Below are positions 12,927 through 26,468 of a stretch of DNA of 64,000 bases, in pieces. Both the position numbers and the translations under genes were made by a program. Numbering within the stretch: the first letter of the stretch is position 1; every line of letters begins with the position of its first letter. The stretch lies in contig OU015569.1 of NCBI GenBank assembly GCA_907165135.1, forward strand, positions 11,284,001 to 11,348,000. Reading direction: 5' to 3'. The notes below the pieces were generated by a model. It saw only the letters and a program-made list of their open reading frames with translations. It was not told where the DNA came from and did no database searches. This stretch comes from Oikopleura dioica. Its lineage: Eukaryota; Animalia; Chordata.

Positions 12927-15900
12927 TTAGCCAGAGGAAATCCGAGTCAAGGGGCTGTAAGGGACACTGCTCAAGTTACTATTAATATTGGCTTGGTCGT
13001 AATGAAAGGAAAGTTCGTCGTTGTCACGTGTGTCCAGGGAGAGCACGTCCATGCGGGGATGAAACTTGCTCGAATTGAAGTAGTCTACTGGGCTTGCTTC
13101 GCGCTCGAAACTGTTGAAACCAAAACTGCCAGCCTGAACGAGCGATGAGTTTGCTTGTTGATTCTTTGGGGTCTTACTTGTTCTTGCGGACGCGGTTCCC
13201 ACACATTGGGTTTCCTTATCGGCTTGGGTGGACTTGCGTTGCTCTCCAAAGTGCTCGCTGGCCCGTTCGACCAAATCGACCGGTCTGGCACGGAAGACTT
13301 CGCAGAAGTCTTCGGCTCAGAGTCAATCACTGATAGGACGGATTCGTTCGCCAGCTTGCCAGTGCCAAGATCGTCCCAGATATCCTTCTTACTTTTCGTG
13401 TCCTGCTGCGCCCAGATCGTTCGTAGCTTATCGCCAAATGCCTTGTAGTCGTGGCTCGTTGAGCTCACTTCTCCCTGCAAGTACAATATTACGATCAACC
13501 TACTCTAAAAGCCTTTTAGTAAAAGGGCTTACCTTGACAATCCTTGGTTGAAGCGGCGCGGATTGAGAATAAATGTTCTTATTGAATCTATCCGCGTACT
13601 GCGTCGTCGCCGAATTACTTTCAGGATATCGTCCATCATCCGGACTCCTCCATTGAGAGTGGCCTCTAAAGTCATTCTCGTTCGAATGACTTTGAGATGA
13701 CACTTGCCCATATTGCATTCGATCAGTGCTAAGGAATTAAATGTTAATTAATACGTTTCCAAGCGTGATTTACCTGGGAGTAAAGTAGGTTGTTCCGTTA
13801 ACAATTTTCACCTCGCAGCCATGTTCCTTCTCGATTCTAGCGTGAGCTTCATGGTCATAGACGTCAGCGATTGGTGGCGCGTCCTGTCTAATCCAATTGA
13901 TGGCTTCTTCCATCGTCAGCTCTGAGACTTGTCCTTCGTCTTGGCCATTTCCTGGAAAGGATCAAGGATAAGAACACTTTCAAAAACTTGATTTCGATAA
14001 ATGAATAAATGGGAGTAAATGGAAGCTGTAAATGTGTGTGCTTCGTATTCGACACATACCCACAGGACCAACAGAACATGCATTAGCGGCAAATATATAG
14101 GATATGTTACCCGTTGTCTTTCGTCCCCGTCGCCTTCTCGTTCGCTTCTTCTTCAAATCAGAATTGCTCGACGCCGAGGCGGAGCGATTTCTCAACTTTG
14201 CGATTTCATGATCCTCTGTTGGTGCACTACAAACAGCGATCAAAAAGGGATGAAAGAAGAATAGGCAGTACCTTTGTGCAGACAACTCGCGCGTCGGTGA
14301 GACTCCACCGTCCATCTTTTTCCTGCTAGATCTCGGCATAGCCTTCGGCTGCGAGAAGTCTTCCTTATTCTCCTGAAAATAAGAGGTGAGCCTTCCTTGA
14401 TAATATAATTTCTAATAAGAGAATAGTCGTTGATTTGGCTGTTTTACTCATGATTTAGATAAATTGGGAATTCTTGGGAGTTACAGAAGATAGATTCTAA
14501 TCCAAATATTCAAAGAAATATATTTCTAGAGCCTGAATGTCAAATTCAAAGCGTTAAATGCAGAATTCGTTTGTCATTTTCAAAGAAAACCAAGTAAATT
14601 TTCAACAAAGACTATTTCTATTTACGAATCTTGAAACTGTTGCTTACCTTAATTTTGTTCTTCTTGAATGCGAACCGGTACTTATTGTTCTGCGTTCTAT
14701 CGCTTTGCTCATCAAGCGATTCTGAAAAACAGCCTTCGATTCTAGAGATCGTCGGTAAAACTCACCGTCCTGGTTACCGGCTCTTGCATTCGCGTATTCA
14801 ATCTCTCTCTGCTCGCGGCGTTCGTTTTCCTTGCGCTTGTAATCGAGGTTCACTTCTTTGCGCCTCTTCGTCGTCATCGATGGCGCGGTGACTGCGCGCG
14901 GTCGGAAGCTGCTCTCCGCGCTGCCCGAGTTGGCGACTTGAAGCAGGCTCTGCTGATTCTGCCCGTACTGTTGATGCTGCTGCTCGACCGGACTCGCTTG
15001 CCGCACCACCTGTGTCGGGGGTGGCAGCACCTTAATTTTAATTTAGCAGCCTTTTTGGATGAGACAGACACTCTCTTTCTTGAGTGACAAAAGAAAAGAA
15101 AAAACAGAAAAGACAAAGGAGCGCCATGTTTGCTCCAGCGAGCAAGGAGAGCACTTTATCCCGGGCCAAAATTTATTAACGCCGATTTTGTCATGCCTAC
15201 GTGAGTTGCTGACATCTATAAACCCGCCCTAGCCCTCAATAAGCGGCTTTGAATTATCCAATTCAATACGCACCTTGCGCCAAAAATACAACTCGCCCCT
15301 CCGCGAAATTCAAATAAAAAATAAGAATGCTAGTTGGTAATTTCTGAGATCTGTGTATCTTAAATTTCAATAAAATAAAGTACCTTCTCGGCCGTTTTGC
15401 GAACAATCTGCACTTGCTGCTGTCTAGGAACCGTTCTGTCCGTCTCTCGGCGATCCAGCGAGTTGAAAACTGAAAGGAAAAATGTTAACTCAACAATGGC
15501 GAGTGTTGTTGCGTCTGACTTTCACCCGGCTTATCAGTTGGTTTTTAAGTAATCATTAATTAACAAGCTAGTAGCAGGGCGAATCCCGGTCAAGCTCCAC
15601 TAAGAAGTGGAACTGAAACTCAAAGTCACCCGGGCGTGAAACTGGCGGGCTCACCCCGCGAGCGAAGCCATAAAATTTCGCGTTTTTATCCAAAAAAGGG
15701 GGAGCAATTTTGAGGTAAACATGGGATGCCAAAATATGAAAGGATGAGGCGTGATAGCAAAGAAGCATGTGTGCGTGGATTGAATGTTACTTTGTTTTCC
15801 TCCCACATGAGTTACGAAAGGACGAGTCCCAAGATTTTCTCCCAGATTGGGAGAAAAGAATTTGGGACTCCAACTTTGCAGAACCAGGAAATGAAGCGAG

Positions 15901-16776
15901 TTTCTTTCTTTCCAACCCATGAGATTTAGTAAATGGACTCAGGTTTTCTACAGAGGCTGCTTTGAAAGAAAAGAAAGTCGATTTATTTGCTGGTTCAGCA
16001 AATTTTAAGAGTCATTATTGGGGGATGAATGATTTTAAGGGTTGTTGACTTATGCGATTGTTGGAATGCAATTACTTTTCTTAGAAAAGCGCGAATTGAG
16101 TACGTAATTGTTTAAATAAGCAACCACCAGCGTTATGGATTTAAATTCACCTTGCGATAAATTTTTGGCCACGAAACGTCCTTGCCCTTCCGCTGGTGTC
16201 AGAAATCGGGCTATCCTTACGGTCAAAATATAAGACTGAGAATGTGAGCTCAATACCGCTAGGCCCTAGACGCGCGGGCCAAGAAGATAGACCCATTTCG
16301 ACGCGTCTAGGGAGCTTTTATACTAGCTTCAAGTTCGACCGCTCCAACCTCTATTTCCGACTTGCCAGTAGTCAAAGTCGCCAGTTTAGACAAGATAAAC
16401 TGACTGTTAAAGTAGGAACTACAGGATTGACATAACAAACGATTTATTATTATTCACCGTTTCCTGAGCGGCTTTCATTGAACGAGACGGTTCGATTCTT
16501 GCGATCAGCCGAGCCTCCCGCTCCTGGTGAGCCGGGCGAGGAGTCTCCTCTATTCTGCCGCACCGGCGATGAAAGATGGGAATGACTCATCATCGGACTC
16601 ATCGAGGAAGACAACGAGGAGTGTGGCAAGTCACTAGTGCCATTCGCCGCTGCCAAGTGATGCTGGCTCTGCTGATGAGGAGGGTGGTTCTCGTGCGTTT
16701 GCGCTTGATGATTGGGCATCAACAGTGCGTTGTTGTTGTTGTAGGACGGTTGCTCGTTGTTCGTTGCAAGTTGCAT
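12927..16776 (-). CDS. hypothetical low-complexity (Q/S/P/N-rich) protein, about 10 exons
   Basis: Phase-consistent GT-AG joining of ORFs 16450-16776, a small exon at ~15383-15468 (VFNSLDRRETDR...AEK), 14644-15030, 13980-14339, 13500-13718, 13085-13498 and 12927-13274. No family recognised. Confidence 0.65.
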
Positions 16777-16952
16777 CTTTTTCGCTTTTTCGACTTTCAA
16801 GTTTTCGCTTTTTTTGAATTCGCAGTTTCTCAATCTCTCGCTTTTCAACTTTGCAGTTTTCTCGTTTTTGCGCGTTTTCTTTAATCGATCAGAAGTGCAA
16901 TCTTCATCAGCTCTGAAAAAGACAAAGGTTAGTTCAGGACCTCAAAGTCCAC

Positions 16953-17071
16953 GCTCGGCAACGTGTGTGCAAAACCTGAGTCAGGGTCCTGAAAAAGCTT
17001 TAATGAATAGCAATTTTTCGTTGAAGTTTTTTCCAAGACCCTGACTCAGGTTTTTACGCAGGTCGCCAAGC
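16953..17071. mobile_element. palindromic MITE-like element, family A
   Basis: GCTCGGCAACGTGTGTGCAAAACCTGAGTCAGGGTC...GACCCTGACTCAGGTTTTTACGCAGGTCGCCAAGC. Confidence 0.75.
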
Positions 17072-18891
17072 AAGCTTTGCGGCACAGTAGTTACTGTAAT
17101 ACTATTATCTGCAATTTGAATATATGGATAAATGATAAAGAAAATTGGGTCAGAAAGAAGCAGGTCAAATTTTAAGTGTGTGCATATCTCCCTCTCTTTT
17201 CTGAATCTGTCATTTTTATTTGGCAACAAACAATTTGCCGAAATCGTTGCTCATTTCTTTAAATATCCTCTTTTTTGCAAGTCTGAAACTTAGTAAGCCA
17301 GAAATAGATAAATTACAGCTCGTAAAAAGTTTCACCGTAGCTCTTGAAAAACTAGAATTCAAGGCTTTCTACCGCCATTTCAAGCAAAACTCTCTGGCAA
17401 CGTCACTATTTATTATTTCGATGTTCTGGAAGTGACGTATTTTTCGCTATAGAGATTTTCGCGTTGCATAATGTTCAATTCAATATTGACTCTATTACGA
17501 AACGATCTGTAAATCAATCAGAAAACTAAGTCAATTTTTTAATCTTCAAAATTGGAATTCAAATTCGAATCTGAAATTCTCTATTTCTCGATTTTTCGAT
17601 TTCTATTTCTAGCTTCGTTTTTGCTTGTTTCTCTTTTGAGTTTTTTTTTTTTGCGGAGGAATTTGAATTAGCTATCACGTCCCTGGACACCAGAGAAAAA
17701 AAAACGGATCGATATAGCTTATTGACACAGGAGAAAGAAAAACTCTGCGAACGAGCCAATATATTTTAATCAGATATTTCTTTCAACATGGGAATGATTG
17801 TTCACTTCTCTCCGTGTCTATTCGTTTTTTATCGATTTCCCATTGTCTTGGCTTTTCTGTCTGGCCGGCCAAAATTACTGTCTGGGGCAACTACGAATCA
17901 TGGGAACCGAAGGGTTTCATCACCAAAGCTGGGCTTTTTAACCCATTTCTGGACCAAAGGGGCTCAATGGTAGGCTTTAGTTGAAATTGAAAAAAAGCCG
18001 CGACATATTTCTGGAGTTTTATTTACTGTAATGTAGACATGAAAAGTCTAATAAAAAGAAGGAGTTATTCTTGAGTCTGGTATCTTGAACCATTCGTTTA
18101 TAAAAATCAGATAATGTTGATTCGAGCCTTCTTTTTTTATCTGACGGTTATTCCCTTATTTTGTCTTAGTACTATCGACTGTAAATAGAAAGAGCGTCAA
18201 AAGACTCGTTAAAGTTTATATTTTCTTTTCAACCCCCTTATTTAGAAAATTTTCAGCAATTAAAAATTCGAAAATTAATTCAAAAACTCACCTGGTTAAT
18301 ATTCAAAGTAGCAGGTTTTCGCCCGATCTCGTCCGAATACCAAATTACGTCTCTGAAAAACGAAAAGATAAGGATTTCAGCTCTCGGTCTATTTTTCTGT
18401 TTCTTCATTTTCATTTTAGTTGTTTTTTTTCTTGAGTTTTTTTTTCTCGAGCTGGGCGCCCCGTCGCGGTTTGCTCGATTACATAACTCCTGTGAAATAA
18501 AAAAAGAAGAAGAGTCTGAGTTTGAAAAGTTTGATTGCCTTAAAAGGGTCACTCTCAGTAGTAGGCGTCTTTTTTTTCAAAATTACTGTGAAAAAAAAGT
18601 GCGGCGCTTCAAATGGTCGGGGGCGTGTTTGGATGTTTTCGGCGTCAAAAGCGTCTTTTTTTCAAAAAAAAAAAATTATTGAGAAAAAAAATAATATTTC
18701 AAAAATTTAAATTTTTCATTTTCTTTATCTAATTTATATTTTTTCTAAGATCTATCAAAAAATTCGACCAAAAAATGATCGCGTGTTTTTTCGATATTTT
18801 TCTTGCTTTCTCTTTTCGGCCTCGGGGAGTTTCAAGAGTTCCCCAACGAAGAGCCGGCCAGCCACTTCTTCTTCTTTCTCACAGCTCTTCT

Positions 18892-19081
18892 CTGGGACGG
18901 CAGCCTGTGTACAAAACCTGAGTCAGGGTTGTGCTATTTAGACGCGGCTTTTTAAATTACTATCATCATCAATTTCTGATTAATTATGGCTAAGCTACTT
19001 CGCGGCTTCGTTTTAAAAGGCCGCTACTTTTAACTTATGCCTGTTCAAATCCTGACTCAGGTTTTAGACAGAGGTCGTCAG
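18892..19081. mobile_element. palindromic MITE-like element, family A, longer core containing GCGGC motifs
   Basis: CTGGGACGGCAGCCTGTGTACAAAACCTGAGTCAGGG...CCTGACTCAGGTTTTAGACAGAGGTCGTCAG. Confidence 0.65.
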
Positions 19082-20120
19082 AAATTTTTATTCTCTAATT
19101 CATTATTTTGGAGGTTAATTTAAAGTATTTTTTTAATCTTGAAAAAGGTAAAAGACCATTTTTCGCCAAAAACAGCAAAAATAAACGCCTGATAAAAAAA
19201 GTCAGAACAACGGGCCCGTGTTAAGGAGAAGGAAAAAGAGAGAGAGAGAGCGAGAAAGATAGAGGGTGGTTGATGGCTCGGCGCCAACCGATGGCACTCG
19301 AGCTCAATGACCTTGACTTACTGAGCTGCTTCGTTTTTTTTCTTGACGATCACGTCGATCAAAATCGAAGAAAAAGGAAACAAAACATCCATCAGAATCG
19401 TTTTCTTTTTCATTTTGGAGGGCTGCCATTTAGAATTAACAAGAATTTGGTCAAAAGATGAAATTTCAAATTTGAACTTTTGACCAAAAATTTGATTTTA
19501 TTGAAAAACACAAAAATTCAAAGCGATTTTCGGTCAAAGATGAAAAATTAAAGATTTCAATTATCGACCAAATAATCTCTTTGATAAATTTTGTTGCCAG
19601 GTCCCTTGATTGTCATAGAAACAGTAGCTCGGCGGTTAAAAACAGCCACAGGCAGTTTAAATCAGTACTTTTAGCGGGATAGAAAAAAGCTAACTCGTGC
19701 CGCAGGGCGCGATATCAATTTTATTTTTCAAAAACGAAATTTCAGAAAGTCTATTTTTAACTTTCAGTCTTTTTTTCTTCTGAAATTGAAGAAGATTTTT
19801 CTCGATTTTTTTTTTGTTGTTTTTTTCATGCTCTTGTTTTATATACAACAGGGTCGCTTTTCACTGTGTGAGCGTCTCGCTGATGCTTGTCGAATGATGT
19901 TATTCTCCAGTTCTGCTAAGCAAAGCACTGTCTTTGCGACGCAAGAAGCCCGTAGGCATCGAACAGGGTCTGCTAGACCCAGCTGAAATGCTAACAACGA
20001 ATTCCTTAATACTGCTCGCTAGAAAATAACACCGAAATTTTCCGTTTACTTTCAAAATTTCAAAAGAGATTATTCATTTTTGGTAATTTCTTTCGAAAAT
20101 ATTAGGCTTACTAAGACTCT

Positions 20121-20921
20121 AAAAGCCGCTTGCGGCTTCGAGGAAAGAAAAGGAAAAAAGCCGCGCGAATATAACTATCTCAAAGCCGCAAGTCTTAAAA
20201 ACTCAGGCTTTCTAGCAGTAGCTGGGCTCGGCAACCTGTGTTAAAGACTTGACACAGGGTCCTGGAAAATATTTAATGAAAGACGCAGTAACTTTTTTTC
20301 TACTGGAAAGGCTGAAATATTCGAAAATATCCAATATTTCTCAAATTAATTTAAAAAAAAGTTCATTTTCAGTCGCTCTTACTAATTAAAAATAATTGCG
20401 AATAGGAAGTGTCTGGCCCACAGATTTTATCATTATCATAACTATCGTAAAATAAAAAAAAATAACACGCGGAAGCCAAACTTACTCATTTTTTAACACT
20501 TTGTAATTTATAATAGGAAAGTTTCCTCCCTGGAACAGCATTTTTCCCCTCGTCCGCTAGACAAAGAGAGAGAGAGCTTTTTTCAGCACGACCTAAGGTG
20601 ACCAGCGGGAGGAGAGGCCCACTTAGCACGTGCATGGCGCTAAAATTTATTGTTGAGCCTGCAACTCCGAATTTTGGACGAAGAAATTGAAGCTTTCCTT
20701 CCTCGAAAAGATCGAAAAAAGCTTAAAGCGCGGCTTTTTTATGTATTTCTGATCGATGAATCAAGAAGCCGCATTCGGCTCGGAGCAAAATACGAGAAAC
20801 CTGTGGAGAAAACCTGACTCAGGCTCTCAATATAGGTTGCCGAGCCTAAAATGAATTTCAGAGCAGCATTTGCGCGGCTTCTTTTATCTACATTTACAAC
20901 GGAGCCGCAAGCGGCTTCTCG
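20121..20921. repeat. cluster of family B (AAGCCGC-WW-GCGGCTT) palindromes interleaved with family A half-elements
   Basis: AAGCCGCTTGCGGCTT at ~20123 and GAGCCGCAAGCGGCTT at ~20902. Family A halves at 20222-20263 and 20812-20847. Confidence 0.6.
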
Positions 20922-21911
20922 ATTTTTCAAAATTTTATAGAAAAGGAGGACCCTAAAGAAGTGCCTGCTTCTACCCTGCATTTAACAAAACTCTGCCTTA
21001 CCGAATTTGTAAACGATCGAAACTGCCAAGAACTATCAAAAATTGGCAAACAAACAGAACTGTTCTAGAGCTCGCGTTTTATTGAATTCTTGAATTTTTG
21101 AAAATTGAAAACACATCACATATTTTACGATAAAATATCATGACTGAAGTACGAGAAAAAGGGTTTATTTTTAAATAAATAGGAATTAAATAAATAATAA
21201 GAACGGCACAAATGGAGAAGACACTTTTTTGAAATTTGGAATTTTATAATTCTATAATTCTAAAGAAACTGAAAATTTTTGAAAAGAAAAAGGAATGGAA
21301 AGAATTTAGTAAGAAAAAAAAATAAGTAAAAATAGCAAAGAAGAGTCTCTCCAACAAATACCAATAATAAATACGATTCGAAATTACGAGAAAGGATTGA
21401 CAAGTTGATAGAAGCTTAAGTTGAGTACCAAAAGAGGATGATCTTGAAAAGGAAAATGTAAACAATGATGCTTGCTACTGGTTGTATCTGTTGATTCAAT
21501 TTAACTATTAACAAAATAGAAAAAAGTAGAAAATTAAAAATGTGAAATCAAGGAAGAGTACGCTAAATTCCTAAGATTTTCTCTAAAGCTAGAAGGTGGT
21601 AAATTAAGTATTTAAATAATTAGTACGCTATTAATTTAGTACAGTCAAAATATTAATCAAATCTCGCAAAAGAAAAATCTCGTGATTACGAGATACTTCA
21701 AAATAAATTAAAGATTTAAGCTTTCAAAGTTGGAAAGTCGAACGTTTAAATAAATAATATTAATAACGCAAGTTGCAACTGGCGAATAACGAACTTGTGA
21801 CTTTGAAAATAGAGGTATATATTGTTTTTAACAAAGATTGGAAACGACGAAAATAGGACTAGAAAAGAGAGGACTTTGGAAGTATAAATAGTTAGCGGAA
21901 GAAGTGCTTCC

Positions 21912-23035
21912 TTACCAAAGCTTGTCCAGTCCCGATTTTGTCAATTCCATGGCCAAGAAGCACGCGGCGTTGGCGGGGAAAGCTCGCATCATCACAACGC
22001 CGAATCCGCGGAACATTTGCTTGAAGCCTCCTTCGGCCATCACCTCGCTAAACATTCCTCGTTAAAAGAGAGAAAGAGACATCAATATCAGCATCAACAG
22101 CTGCTGCTGTTGTTCTGTTTTTGTGGACTTACGCGTAGACGTCTTTGATACCGGCGTATCTACCAGAGATGTCGGTCTGGAATCGAGTCTTGAGGGTGTC
22201 TGGGGGGATGCCAATCGCCCAGTTGGCCATGCCGGCGAGACCACCGGCGACAAGGATGGAGCTAATCGACATTTCCTGGCCCTCAGGAGTCAATTGGTCC
22301 TTGATGTAGGCGTACATGCCAAAGTAGCAACCAGAAGCAGGCACATCTCTGGCGAGAGTAAGCACTGTACCTCGGTAGAGATTTCTCACTCCACCATCGG
22401 CGATCAGTTGCTTTTTCATGGTTTTCAAATTATTGTCCGGTTGCTTATCAGTCGCTTTATACTTGACTAGACTAGGCAACCTATAACATAGGAAACAGCC
22501 TAACCCTAACCCAGATCATTGAGTTAATCGAAATTCAAAAACCATTCCTTGGCGCAGTCGCCCATGCCTTTGTACTGGCCAGGTTTTGCGACTTGAAGGA
22601 GACATTTGATTCGTTCTCCTGGAGCCATGATGATTGTCGAGTAGACTCCGGCCAGCATACCGCCGCAGAAGAGCTCACCATAGCTCAGCTTCTCGTGGCC
22701 AGTAATTTTGCGGACCATGTTGCAGCCAGCAGCGTTACCAGCGAAAGAGAGGGCAAAGATGGGAGTGACACCAGTGAGCGGAGCCATGACTCCTCGGTAG
22801 AGACTACGAACTCCCTGAGTCCGAACCATGTCCTGAAATTTGTCGTTGAAATCAAGAAAGAGAAGCTCAGAAAAAAAGCTAGACGTGGGTAACTTACCTT
22901 GGCGCAGTCGAGAGATCCTTTGTAATGATTGGAGCTCTGAAGCTGGACTTTAACCATGTCAAAGGGTTGACCAACGACGACGGCTGCCATGCCACCTGCA
23001 CCGCCCGATATGAACGATTTAACAGGATCGGACAT
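21912..23035 (-). CDS. SLC25A20: mitochondrial carnitine/acylcarnitine carrier, 4 exons
   Basis: Three carrier signatures (QPFDMVKVQLQ, APGERIKCLLQ, IPPDTLKTRFQ), plus RDVPASG and RAFPANAACFL. Stop TAA at 21912-21914. Confidence 0.92.
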
Positions 23036-23248
23036 GATCCTGTTTTAGTTCAGTGAAAATTCTAAACAAGAAATAGCGCGTTAATCAACTGAAAGTGAAA
23101 CTATTTTGCAAAATGAAAATTAATAGTGTTTCTTAAGTATAAGTGAAAGAAAGGAATGTCAGTGAAGATGAGCTTTAACAGAAAAAGTTGAAAATTAAAA
23201 AAATAAGTTGCAAACGAAGCTCAGTAAAGCTGCAACTTGAAAAGTGTC

Positions 23249-25279
23249 TCAGGACATTTTGGTGTTGGCGAAGAAGTCACGAATATTTGGCTTGCGCGTG
23301 GACGACTTGAGTTTGATCGGATTCGCTTTTGAGGAGCCGCCAAGGCGATTGAAGGGTCTGTTTCCGCGGTTCGTCCGTTCTTTCTTGAAGAGGTTCGATT
23401 GAGCAACGAGTTTTGAAACGTCCAGCGAGCTCGAGTCTTGTTCGCTTCTAGTTTTCTTCTTTGGCGAGCGCTGTGGGACGGTTTTTACTTTGACGCGAGC
23501 GAAGACTGATGGAGGACTTGAGTGAATTGGCGGGGGTTTTTCAGGACTCTTGTTTCTTGCTTCGACTGGTCTAGCTGAAGAGCGTTGAATAATTGGACTG
23601 TAGGAGCTCTCATCGTCCAAGTCGTCGTCTTCCATGTCTCCATCACTTTCGTTGGCAATCTTTATCGCTTCCAGCCGCTGCATTCGGCTTTTTAAGTCGG
23701 TTTTCTGCGTCGCTTTTTCCGGAAGATTCGGCGTGTTGCTTTCCGTCAACGCAAGTGCATCGTTGAAGAGGGAGCTGTCGCAAAAAGTCGAGGAGCAGCT
23801 TCCATACGGCGTCGTTTTCTGCTTCTTCATCGGCGGCGTTGTCAAATCGATGCAACTCGAGCTGCCAGCGTCGCTTTTTCGCTTCTTGAGTTTGGCCAGC
23901 AAATCATCCGACAAAGGCGACTCGGTACAGATGCGCACAAAAGTCTCCGACTCTGGGTTCGCTCTTTTTGCAAGATCGAACTTCATTCTAATCGCGGTGA
24001 TCTCTTCTTGGGCGCTTTCTTTTTGTCTTATTAGCAGTTGGTTATCCTAAATTCCTATGTCAAATCAGCACTAAAAAGCGAGCCATATTCTAGCTTCCCT
24101 CTTTTTAGATATAAATATCGCTATGAAATCAAAATTTTGATTAAAATTTTTTAGTTAATTCGATTAAAAGACACTGTTACACCCGAAAAAATGCCCTTTT
24201 CCGCCTATTTTGTGCACCAAACTGATTTTTTTCTATGAAAATTGGCCCTGATATCAACAAATGTTCTAGAAACGCTCAATTTTAGAAATTACCTCTTTGA
24301 GATTTTCGACACGCATCTTTTCCCTGCGCAAGTCCCTCTCCAAATTGGTGATTCTAGAGTTTCTCTTTTCATGTTCTGCAAGTAGACGGGTGTACTCTTT
24401 CTGGATCATGGTCGCATATTTGAATGTTTCGTTGATGTCCGCGCGGCTCTGTAGACCCTAGGTCGATCTTTAGCAAACGTCAAACAAATAATATTGATCA
24501 TTTCAGGCGACCTTCGGATTCAAATAAATCCGACCAGCCAAAAGTACAAAAAAGTTACACAGCCATCATAGTGCTCTTGGTAACTGATTTTTTGAACTGT
24601 GAAGAAGCAAATTCGACGAATATTGTTTTGAAAAAAGAACTTACTTGAATCCAAGACGGATCATCTGTAGTACACTGTCTCAAGTTCTTGACTCTGTCGA
24701 CGATCCTAATGTCGCTTTCCAGCTCCTTGACCTTGTCGTACTTGCTCTGAACAGTCGCCAGGTCGCAGCGTAATTCATTAGCTTCTGCAGCGATGTGATC
24801 GCATTTCATCTTCAATGCGCTGAGACGCGTACTGTCAGCCTTTTCTTTGTTCTTCAACTTGTCGCGTGATTTTTTGAGTTTGGTCACTTCTTCCGTCAGC
24901 GACTGTACTTTTCCCTCGTTCTCGCGCTTCGATCTTTGTTCCTCGAGCACTTGAGCCTCCAAAGCGGAGATTCTGTTTCGCAGGCGGGAGCTGTCTTTAG
25001 AAGGGCTTTCGCTTAGAGTTGTGTTGTTGGGAATCGCAAACTACAAAAATGATGATGGAAAAGAAGAAACGAAAGAGAATTTCTTACATAGAGCTGTTTA
25101 ACAATTGAAGACCTGTTCGCTTTCGAGCGACATGTCGGGCAAATTGGTTGATTTCTGCACTGCTTGAGCCACTCATCTAAGCACGCTCGGTGGAAAGTAT
25201 GGCCACAGGGGCATGCTGAGATGGCGCATTCGTTGGTCAGCTCATCAGTGCAGACAGAACATTCCGTTACGATTGTCAT
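23249..25279 (-). CDS. TRAIP: TRAIP-like RING E3 ubiquitin ligase (RING-H2, coiled coil, C-terminal PIP-like motif), 4 exons
   Basis: CSVCTD...CPCGHTFHRACLDEWL...CPTCR...IVKQLY|FAIP, long coiled coil, SETFVRICTESP (TRAIP-like), C-terminal PNIRDFF. Confidence 0.8.
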
Positions 25280-25449
25280 ACGACTCTGAAAAGAAATAGG
25301 TCAAATAAAGGTGGAGAAAATGAAAGCTTAGAATGGAAAGATTCAAGCGGATAATATGGCAGTGAAAAGAGATGTAGAAAAAGATGAAATAATAACTCTG
25401 GTGGTGAAATGGCAGTAGTTTTAGTGAAAAGAGTAATAAAGCAACTGGT

Positions 25450-26455
25450 CTAGGTCTAGGATTTGGGGTGACCGGAGGTGATCTGAAATGAGTCGCCGAA
25501 AATGAATCACCGAAAGATGTGATAGAGCTTCGCGGATCACCTAAACGAGGTGATCGGAACCGATCACCCGCCTGAATTTTCTGGTGATTTAGGTGATCGA
25601 GATCACCTCTGACTGGTGATCCAAACATTTTCGATCACCAAAGTCGTGTGATTATGGTCAGGGCAGGGGTGGATATTTTGATGTCAAATCAATTTTTCGA
25701 CCACCCTTTATTTGAAATTTAAAGAGATAATCTCCATTTCACCTTCTACTTTCATGAAAAGGGCTCGTCCCGGGAGCGAAATACGCTTCAACCCTCTTAT
25801 CCGACTCAGTAATACTTTGCATCTACTTACTTACCCTTTACTTTGGATTCATTAGTTACTAACGGTAAGGGTTCTGAATTTCCGTAAAATCAAAAAAGGA
25901 ACTAAAGAAAGGATTAACTTCTCAATACACGGGGTCGGTAAAACCGACCACGGTGACTTAGGCCCTCTTTTACTTCGAAGGTGGTAATCCATTTGACCTG
26001 ATTTTTGCAATGTGCGAATTTTCGTGAAATCTCTCAAGAAAGATGGCGTTTTGCACCAGATTTCTCTCGCGCTCTCTATCGAAAAAACGGAAGGTTTTAA
26101 AAATGATTCAACTGATGTCAAACCACAAGTCTTCTCTTAGAGAAGATGACAATTCTGAATAAAAGCTTTCTGACACTTGAAGCGACTTTTTGTCGGAAGA
26201 AATATAAAACTTTATGAAAAAAACTTAACAAAAAATGAATTAAAAAGTAAATTAAAAAACTTCATAAACCGAAATTCGAGGTAGGAGATCCAATCACCCG
26301 AATTTGGTGATCGAGGAACTCCCAGAAATTGATTTGGTGATCGGGACTCGATCACCTTTTTGAGGTGATCCGAGAAACCCGATCACATCTTTTGGTGATT
26401 CATTTCTGGCGACTCATTTCAGATCACCTCCTGTCACCCCAGATCCTAGACCTAG
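25450..26455. mobile_element. non-autonomous hAT-like DNA transposon, 1,006 bp
   Basis: Ends are CTAGGTCTAGGAT / ATCCTAGACCTAG, with imperfect inverted arms of more than 130 bp rich in GGTGATC/GATCACC. 8-bp direct repeat CAACTGGT at 25442-25449 and 26456-26463. Confidence 0.85.
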
Positions 26456-26468
26456 CAACTGGTAAAGT

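Noticed and set aside
19880-19990. C/D box snoRNA (ATGATG...CTGA)
   Set aside because: The C box is imperfect, there is no terminal stem, and no recognisable rRNA guide.
25852-26121. Transposase remnant inside the hAT-like element (also ORFs 42643-43042 in the other element)
   Set aside because: Short ORFs with no recognisable BED finger, DDE or hAT dimerisation motifs.
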